A DNA stretch of 64,000 nucleotides from Candidatus Poriferihabitaceae bacterium. GTDB taxonomy: Bacteria; Pseudomonadota; Gammaproteobacteria; Arenicellales; Poriferihabitantaceae. This document shows positions 9,783 to 16,809 of the stretch, one piece after another. Below the pieces are notes generated by a model. The model did not search any database, was not told the DNA's origin, and was given only the letters and a program-made list of their open reading frames with translations. Location: the NCBI GenBank assembly GCA_965214625.1, contig OZ243962.1, forward strand, positions 1,005,278 to 1,069,277. Reading direction: 5' to 3'. The position numbers were made by a program, and so were the translations under genes. How positions within the stretch are numbered: position 1 is the stretch's first letter; each line of letters begins with the position of its first letter.

Positions 9783-11315
9783 ATGACGGTCAACGATCTA
9801 CAATATCCGGTTGTTGACCTTTTTGCCGGACCGGGTGGACTGGGTGATGGATTCTGTTATCCGCATAACGGAAACAGGTCCTCCTTTAAAGTAGTTGCAG
9901 CAATTGAACGTGATGAGTCCGCAAGACAGACTCTGACGCTGCGACACTTTTACAGATATTTCGACCGGGGAAACGTGCCAGATGAATATTATTCTTATCT
10001 GGCAGGCGATATCTTGAAAGAAGAATTACGGGAAAAGTATAAGCGCCAGTGGACTCACGCTGAAAGTACTGTTTTAAAGGCTTCACTGGGTGAAAACAAT
10101 CATAACGATGTAAAGAACCATATCACCCAGCGCCTGATGAAATCCAAGAAGTGGGCGCTGATAGGTGGCCCACCATGCCAAGCATATTCTCTTGCCGGGC
10201 GGTCAAGAATGATGGGTAATCCTGATTTCGAAGAAGATGAAAGACATTTTCTTTACAAGGAATACCTGCGAATAATAATCGACCACTGCCCGCCTGTATT
10301 TGTAATGGAAAATGTCAAGGGTCTATTGTCCGCTCGTATAAACGGTGACCGGGCCGTTGACAAAATAGTCAACGACCTGTCCAGTCCGATCAAAGCAATT
10401 CGAAAGAGTCAAGATGGTTTGAAATACCGACTATATTCTTTTTCCCAGTCAGGTGAAATCAAAGAAGACGTGGACCCGATATCTTTTGTCGTCAAGGCCG
10501 AAAAGCACGGTGTACCACAGGCGCGCCACAGAGTTTTCATACTCGGTATCCGAGATGACATTGATATTCAGCCATCCACCCTACAAAAGAAAAATCCGCC
10601 GACCGTTGAGCAAGTGCTTGGCAGTCTGCCGAAAATACGAAGCGGTGTTTCCCGTCAGAAAGATTCCGGCGATTTATGGAAAAGAATTATTGCCTCTGCC
10701 AGCGGTTCAGATTGGCTGCCTGCGACAAATAAAAAGGAAAGACTGATCAAAAAGACCGTTTTATCGGCCATAAAAGAAATCCAGACTTCAGACCTGCAAA
10801 GATCATCAAAACTCTACAGCCCCCCCTGTGCCATGAGGGCATGGTATGACGATGAACGTCTGAAAACAACAACATTACATGATGCCAGGGCTCACATGGA
10901 AACAGACCTGCTCCGATATCTGTTTGTATCGTCGTATGGGACGGCTTTCGATATCTCGCCAAAACTCTCCGATTTTCCACATGCACTTCTACCCGCACAT
11001 AAGAATGTAAAAAACGGCTGCGAAGGAACAATGTTTCCTGACCGGTTCAGAGTACAGATTAAATCCAGAGTCAGCACGACGGTCACCTCTCATATATCAA
11101 AAGACGGTCATTATTTTATTCATTATGACCCGACACAGTGTCGAAGTCTGACGGTAAGAGAGGCCGCAAGATTACAGACGTTTCCTGATAATTACCACTT
11201 CGAGGGGAACAGAACTTCTCAATACCATCAGGTCGGGAATGCTATTCCGCCCTACCTTGCCATGCAGATTGCAGAGGTTGTCAAAGAAATCCTGAATGGA
11301 ATGTCGGATGACTGA
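9783..11315 (+). CDS. dcm: DNA (cytosine-5)-methyltransferase
   Basis: 510 aa with all C5-MTase motifs in order: I DLFAGPGGLG, IV GGPPCQAYS, VI FVMENVKGL, VIII QARHRVFILG, IX REAARLQTFPD, X QVGNAIPP. About 200 aa lie between motifs VIII and IX (variable/target-recognition region). GGGGGA lies just upstream of the ATG. Confidence 0.95.
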   Translation: MTVNDLQYPVVDLFAGPGGLGDGFCYPHNGNRSSFKVVAAIERDESARQTLTLRHFYRYFDRGNVPDEYYSYLAGDILKEELREKYKRQWTHAESTVLKASLGENNHNDVKNHITQRLMKSKKWALIGGPPCQAYSLAGRSRMMGNPDFEEDERHFLYKEYLRIIIDHCPPVFVMENVKGLLSARINGDRAVDKIVNDLSSPIKAIRKSQDGLKYRLYSFSQSGEIKEDVDPISFVVKAEKHGVPQARHRVFILGIRDDIDIQPSTLQKKNPPTVEQVLGSLPKIRSGVSRQKDSGDLWKRIIASASGSDWLPATNKKERLIKKTVLSAIKEIQTSDLQRSSKLYSPPCAMRAWYDDERLKTTTLHDARAHMETDLLRYLFVSSYGTAFDISPKLSDFPHALLPAHKNVKNGCEGTMFPDRFRVQIKSRVSTTVTSHISKDGHYFIHYDPTQCRSLTVREAARLQTFPDNYHFEGNRTSQYHQVGNAIPPYLAMQIAEVVKEILNGMSDD

Positions 11316-11736
11316 TACACTGACAAAAGAGAAAAGAAGCTGGAATATGTCACGGATAGCGGGGAAGAATACGAAGCCCGAAATTCTGCTGCGCTCACTG
11401 CTTCACCGGGAAGGTTTCCGTTTTCGACTGCATGATAAACGGTTTCCCGGTAAACCTGACATTGTGTTGCCACGATACCGGACTGTTATTTTCGTAAACG
11501 GCTGTTTCTGGCATAGACATGAGAACTGTAAATACGCTTATGCTCCAAAATCAAGGCGGGAATTCTGGTTTAAAAAATTCGATGCAACAGTAAAACGTGA
11601 CCGGACAAACCAGGAAATGCTCGTCAATATGGGCTGGCAGGTCATTGTGGTCTGGGAGTGTGATCTGAAAAAACAGCACAGAAAAACGATTGCGGATATC
11701 TCATCAAGAGTGCTGGGAAGTGTGCATGGCGACTAG
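11308..11736 (+). CDS. vsr: Very-short-patch repair endonuclease
   Basis: TKEKRSWNMSRI..KNTKPEILLRSLLHREGFRFRLHDKRFPGKPDIVLPRYRTVIFVNGCFWHRH matches the Vsr family layout. ATG 11308 overlaps the dcm stop by 8 nt; the track's upstream start at 11296 is less likely. Confidence 0.9.
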   Translation: MTDTLTKEKRSWNMSRIAGKNTKPEILLRSLLHREGFRFRLHDKRFPGKPDIVLPRYRTVIFVNGCFWHRHENCKYAYAPKSRREFWFKKFDATVKRDRTNQEMLVNMGWQVIVVWECDLKKQHRKTIADISSRVLGSVHGD

Positions 11737-13207
11737 ACACAAACTGCCGCCCAGCGCCGCCGCCCTTTCAGAGTCCATGCGAGACCTGGGTTATACTCTG
11801 GCCACTGCAATCGCAGATATTGTGGATAATAGTATTACGGCCAATGCGACCAAAATAGATATATTCTGCGACCTCGCCCGTGACTATCCTTCACTTGTTA
11901 TTATCGATAATGGAGAAGGGATGTCGTTGGACCGCCTTCTTCTGGCTATGAAACATGGGTCAGCCAATCCCAAGGAAGAAAGAAATCCCATGGATCTGGG
12001 AAGATTTGGATTGGGACTCAAAACATCTTCTTTCTCTCAATGTCGTCATTTGACTGTCATCAGCTTCCAGAAATCAAAGTATGTAGGAGCTGACTGGGAC
12101 CTTGATCTCGTCGGGCAGGAGGACGACTGGATCATCTCTATCCTAGACGAAAGTGAAATAGAGCCACTTCCATACATCGAGCATATGACAGGCACCGGTA
12201 CAGCTGTCATCTGGCAGAAACTTGACCGACTGTTCGAAGATCAGGTTGGGGCAAGGCGCGATGAGATTGTTAATGAAAAACTGGATCTTGTCGAAAAACA
12301 CCTTGCCCTTGTATTTCATCGTTTTCTTGCCGGAGAAATCAAAAGCAGACCCAGAATCTCCATAACGATCAATGGACACTGTATTGAACCCTTTGATCCA
12401 TTTTGTAGAAAAAATAAAGCGACAAGAGTATTGCCTGAAGATATCGTCAGAGTTGATGGCAAGGAAATCCGAATTCAACCCTACATTCTGCCCCATCATA
12501 GCCGTCTGTCTGCACCAGAATATGACTATTATCAAAACAGGAGCAATTTTATTTCAAATCAGGGAGCCTATATCTATCGAAATGGAAGACTGATGGCATG
12601 GGGAGACTGGTTTCGACTGATACCGAAAGGGGAAGCAACGAAGCTTGCGCGGGTCTGTATTGATTTCCCTAATGCGCTTGATGAGAAATGGACAATAGAC
12701 ATCAAGAAGTCCAAGGCAAGACCACCGCATGAAGTGCGTCAGAGGATCAAACAGATTATCACAAGAGTCACGGAAAGCAGCACCAGGATTCATCGTGGTC
12801 GTGGCAAAAAGCTTTTTGAAGAATCCAGAGCCCCTGTTTGGGAAAGATACGCCGATAGAGGATGTGTCCGTTATGACCTGAATATCGAACACCCGCTTTT
12901 CTCTGCTCTTGAGCAGAGCCTGACCAAAGAACAGAAGTGCCGATTTGACGTTTATATTCAATCGGTTGTTTCTTCTCTGCCAGTGGAAATGATCTACTCG
13001 GATTATTCCCTGCATCCACTTGATGTCAGCCAGTCAGAAAAAGACCAGGACCGAGCGCTGGAACGTCTCAGGCAACTGAAAGACATCATATCAAATGACA
13101 CCGTAATTGACTCTGCGGCTTTTCGAGAGATTGTCAATTCAACACGGTTATTTATCGGTCTCCAAAACATTGTAGACGACTTCATCAAAGAGGAACTCAA
13201 TGAGTAG
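11726..13207 (+). CDS. GHKL-superfamily ATPase (HATPase_c_3 / MORC- or MutL-like)
   Basis: Bergerat-fold motifs near the N-terminus: N-box IADIVDNSITA, G1 IIDNGEGM, G2 GRFGLGLKTSSF. I found no MutL endonuclease motif (DQHA..E....E) in the roughly 350-aa C-terminal part. ATG 11726 overlaps the vsr stop by 11 nt. Confidence 0.8.
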   Translation: MATRHKLPPSAAALSESMRDLGYTLATAIADIVDNSITANATKIDIFCDLARDYPSLVIIDNGEGMSLDRLLLAMKHGSANPKEERNPMDLGRFGLGLKTSSFSQCRHLTVISFQKSKYVGADWDLDLVGQEDDWIISILDESEIEPLPYIEHMTGTGTAVIWQKLDRLFEDQVGARRDEIVNEKLDLVEKHLALVFHRFLAGEIKSRPRISITINGHCIEPFDPFCRKNKATRVLPEDIVRVDGKEIRIQPYILPHHSRLSAPEYDYYQNRSNFISNQGAYIYRNGRLMAWGDWFRLIPKGEATKLARVCIDFPNALDEKWTIDIKKSKARPPHEVRQRIKQIITRVTESSTRIHRGRGKKLFEESRAPVWERYADRGCVRYDLNIEHPLFSALEQSLTKEQKCRFDVYIQSVVSSLPVEMIYSDYSLHPLDVSQSEKDQDRALERLRQLKDIISNDTVIDSAAFREIVNSTRLFIGLQNIVDDFIKEELNE

Positions 13208-15842
13208 TAGTACTGATAGTGAAAAAATTTTTACAAGCACGCTGATCTCGGCACTCTCACTACTAGACCACACACCGACACGCGAGGATGTAGAGCAGAA
13301 AGCCCGTCAACTCAGTCAGATGTTTGGATACAATGGCACTCTGGAGTCCATTGTCGAAGAAGCTCTTATCGCAATTGATACGCGAATGGGTGCAGGCACC
13401 TCTTTGATCGATGTTAAAGCCGAACATGATGACGAATGGGTATTCAAGTCCGATCTCAAATGGATTTATTCCGAAGGGTACGAGGAATATCTTAGATCTG
13501 AAAAATGGCATCCGGCTGTTGTTCAATCTCTCAGTGATGTGAGTGCCAAGATACTCGGTCACTTGCAGAACCCGGTCTCAGAAGGAGTCTGGGACAGACG
13601 GGGCCTGGTTATCGGACATGTGCAATCCGGCAAGACTGCAAACTATATCGGTCTTGTTGCACGGGCGGCAGATGCCGGATACAAGTTTATTATCGTCATT
13701 GCAGGCATACACAACAATCTTCGAAAACAGACGCAGGAGCGGATTGATGCCGGATTCGTCGGACGGTCAAGTGATCCAAACGCCAGAGAAATCATCGGCG
13801 TAGGATCCAAAAACTATCCACATCCTGCAACACTCACAAATATTTACAAGGATTTCAACAAGCAGACCGCCGACCAGAGTGGCTGGAGCATTAATGACTT
13901 CAGTAAACCCATTATCCTTGTCATAAAGAAACACGTTTCAACGCTTACATCTCTTCAACGCTGGCTGAAAGAACTAAATACCAGGGGAAACGATAAGATA
14001 TCAGATGTACCGATGCTCATTATTGATGATGAAGCAGACAATGCTTCAATAAATACAAACAAAGAGGAATTGGACCCGACACGTACAAATTCGATGCTGA
14101 GAAAAATCCTCGCCATGTTCGACAAATCCTGCTATGTGGGATATACGGCAACGCCATTTGCCAATATTTTCATCAACCCTGAGGCCTACGACGATGAGGC
14201 CAGAGAAGAGTTGTTTCCCAGAGATTTTATTTACTGTCTTGATGCACCTACAACGTATTTTGGTCCGGAAAAAATATTTCTGGATGATGCGAGAAGTGAG
14301 GTTATTCTGCAGACAATCCGCGATGCTGAAAATTATCTGCCCTTTTCCCATAAAAAAGACTTCGAGATTGTTGATCTACCACCCTCACTCTATGAGTCAA
14401 TAGTTCAGTTTATTCTTGTTCGCACAATAAGAAATCTCCGTGGGCATGGAAATAAACACTGTTCAATGATGGTGAATGTCTCGCGTTTCGTCACGATACA
14501 GGGGGCAGTCAGAGATTTTGTCAGCGCGTACGTCAAAATCCTGAAAGAAGCCGTAAAAGCAAACTACGCGATGCCGAACACGGTGTCCTGCCAAAACGAA
14601 CACATGGCACACATAGAAAGTGTATTTCAAGGACAGTTCAACGACTGTGGATTTTCTTGGATAACCATCAAGAAATCACTCTTCAGTACTTTTGAGCATC
14701 TGCGTATTTTCCTTATAAACAGCAAATCTGATGAGACACTTGATTTCAGGAAGTATGAAAAAGAAGACATTGGTCTGACTGCAATTGCCATAGGAGGCTT
14801 AAGCCTTTCGCGTGGACTGACTATTGAGGGACTGTGTGTCAGCTATATGTATCGGAACACAAGGATGTATGACACTTTGATGCAGATGGGCAGATGGTTC
14901 GGATATCGGCCAGGCTACGAAGATCTGTGCAGGGTGTTTTTATCAGAGGATTCCATAAACTGGTATGCCCACATATCTGATGCATCTGAGGAATTGAGAC
15001 AACAGATCAAGCAGATGAGAAAAGACCGTCTCAGCCCAAGAGATTTCGGACTGTATGTGAGAGCTCATCCTGACAGGTTACTTGTCACTGCTGGCAATAA
15101 GATGCGGAGCGGAGAAATCATTCCAGTCAAGCAGAACTTCAGCGGAAAACTTCGGGAAAGTTATATTTTACCTACTGCTGAATATCTCAACGAGCAGAAC
15201 AGGCTGTTGATCAAGGAAAACTGGAAATCAGGATTTGGTAAGAACTATGAGCCCATCGAAACAAAGAAGGGCTGGTATATACCAGATGTCAGATCAGAGA
15301 ATGTCTCAGAATTTCTTCTTTCGTTCCGTGTGCATCCGGCTTTTGTGGAACAGAGAACTGCGCATGCAAATTTTCTTACTGTTATTTCTGATCAGTACAA
15401 TGAATGTGATGTACTTCTGATTTCACTGAAAAACGGCCAAAATGTACGGACATTTGATCTGGGGCCTCAAAACAGGGAGAGTGCAACACTGAAATCCGGG
15501 TGGTGGAGAGTGCAAAAAGACAGGGTCGCAAGCAGAGGCGATGAAAAGCTTGGACTAAGTCCCGAGCAATGCGATGAAGCGAAAAGACACGCTAAACAAG
15601 ACAATAAGGAACCTTCAGATACTCACTACAGGGCGATCAGAAAGAAGCCATTGCTTATGATTCATCTTCTTGATCTCGGAAAAGGCAAGAATAAGCAGTT
15701 TAGCGTTCCAGCGTACGGTATCAGCTTTCCACCGGGCAACTATTCCGAAAGTGTTAATGTCGTGGCAAATAAAGTGTGGGTTGAACAGGTCCATGGCGGT
15801 ACGTTTGATAGGCCGGATGAGGAGGATGACTATGATGAATAA
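13200..15842 (+). CDS. Z1-domain protein (P-loop, SF2 helicase-like NTPase)
   Basis: 880 aa. Walker A GHVQSGKTANYIGL, Walker B LIIDDEADNAS, then the signature I associate with the Z1 domain: LSRGLTIEGL...MYDTLMQMGRWFGYRPGYEDLCRVF. The ATG overlaps the upstream stop by 8 nt. Confidence 0.8.
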   Translation: MSSSTDSEKIFTSTLISALSLLDHTPTREDVEQKARQLSQMFGYNGTLESIVEEALIAIDTRMGAGTSLIDVKAEHDDEWVFKSDLKWIYSEGYEEYLRSEKWHPAVVQSLSDVSAKILGHLQNPVSEGVWDRRGLVIGHVQSGKTANYIGLVARAADAGYKFIIVIAGIHNNLRKQTQERIDAGFVGRSSDPNAREIIGVGSKNYPHPATLTNIYKDFNKQTADQSGWSINDFSKPIILVIKKHVSTLTSLQRWLKELNTRGNDKISDVPMLIIDDEADNASINTNKEELDPTRTNSMLRKILAMFDKSCYVGYTATPFANIFINPEAYDDEAREELFPRDFIYCLDAPTTYFGPEKIFLDDARSEVILQTIRDAENYLPFSHKKDFEIVDLPPSLYESIVQFILVRTIRNLRGHGNKHCSMMVNVSRFVTIQGAVRDFVSAYVKILKEAVKANYAMPNTVSCQNEHMAHIESVFQGQFNDCGFSWITIKKSLFSTFEHLRIFLINSKSDETLDFRKYEKEDIGLTAIAIGGLSLSRGLTIEGLCVSYMYRNTRMYDTLMQMGRWFGYRPGYEDLCRVFLSEDSINWYAHISDASEELRQQIKQMRKDRLSPRDFGLYVRAHPDRLLVTAGNKMRSGEIIPVKQNFSGKLRESYILPTAEYLNEQNRLLIKENWKSGFGKNYEPIETKKGWYIPDVRSENVSEFLLSFRVHPAFVEQRTAHANFLTVISDQYNECDVLLISLKNGQNVRTFDLGPQNRESATLKSGWWRVQKDRVASRGDEKLGLSPEQCDEAKRHAKQDNKEPSDTHYRAIRKKPLLMIHLLDLGKGKNKQFSVPAYGISFPPGNYSESVNVVANKVWVEQVHGGTFDRPDEEDDYDE

Positions 15843-16809
15843 CTCATCTCCATGGGTAGAAATAGGAACACCCGGCACTGACTACAATGTGCGAAAAATA
15901 CCTGGAACAAAAGGTGTCCCACTCTACTGGGGCAAAGATAGTGCCGGGCATTGTCTTTTTATCGTGCTGCTTTCAGGAGATCAGACCGACTTATTTAGGA
16001 AACAGCATGTAAATGTGCGGGGTTTAAAATCCGAATTGAGATTCATTGACACAAACGATTCTCCAGGTCTGGTCATCCGTCTCGAAACACATATTGATCA
16101 GGATATCTTTTCTGCAATGTGTGACACACTTGTCTCCGCTTTGTGTGAAATTAATGATTCGGCTACAGCTCTATCCGTGGCAATGACACAGGTAAAACGC
16201 TGGAAAACTTTTATGGCAGGTGGGAAAAGAGGGGTCCTTTCCATAGAGGAAATCAGAGGTCTCTTTGGAGAACTCATATTCCTGTGGCAATTCCTTGATC
16301 ACACCAATACTGAGAATGATGCAATCGCTGCTTGGGAGGGACCAGAGTCGGTCCAGCAGGACTTTGTCTTTGGAAATACGGCAATCGAAGTTAAAACTTT
16401 GTCAGGCAGAGAAAGAAATTCGGTACGCATATCCTCGGAAGACCAACTGGATAGTCTCAACGACAGGCTTTTTCTGAAAATCTTCCGACTTTCTGAAAAC
16501 CCGGAATCGGACAGGTCTATGTCACTCAATGATCTGGTAAAGAGGATTGCCGGCATTTTTTTGGATCATGCAGTACTCGAATTGTATTACGACAAACTCG
16601 CCAAAGCCGGATACATTGAATTGCATGTATATGACAGCCCCAAATTTATCGTTTCCGAAGAACGACTTTATTATATTACCGATGAGTTTCCTAAACTTAT
16701 TCGCTCCAAGCTACCTGATGGCGTCTCAAATGTTCGTTACGGTATTGCACTGGAGAGAATAAATCCCTTTCTTGTAAAAAGTAATGTTCTGTGGAAGGGC
16801 ATAGTATGA
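15826..16809 (+). CDS. PD-(D/E)XK-motif protein (putative nuclease)
   Basis: D-x8-E-x-K core in QQDFVFGNTAIEVKT. I chose ATG 15826 (GAGGAGG immediately upstream), in frame with track ORF 15670..16809; the first 52 codons of the track ORF lie inside the Z1 gene. It overlaps the Z1 stop by 17 nt. Confidence 0.65.
   Translation: MTMMNNSSPWVEIGTPGTDYNVRKIPGTKGVPLYWGKDSAGHCLFIVLLSGDQTDLFRKQHVNVRGLKSELRFIDTNDSPGLVIRLETHIDQDIFSAMCDTLVSALCEINDSATALSVAMTQVKRWKTFMAGGKRGVLSIEEIRGLFGELIFLWQFLDHTNTENDAIAAWEGPESVQQDFVFGNTAIEVKTLSGRERNSVRISSEDQLDSLNDRLFLKIFRLSENPESDRSMSLNDLVKRIAGIFLDHAVLELYYDKLAKAGYIELHVYDSPKFIVSEERLYYITDEFPKLIRSKLPDGVSNVRYGIALERINPFLVKSNVLWKGIV

Noticed and set aside
15670-15825. Upstream 52 codons of the track ORF for the PD-(D/E)XK protein (and similar N-terminal extensions at 11296, 11690, 16791, 23354, 29140, 42773)
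   Set aside because: These extensions lie inside the preceding gene or in leader DNA and start at non-ATG codons. Internal ATGs with a better Shine-Dalgarno context, or a family-typical N-terminus, fit better.
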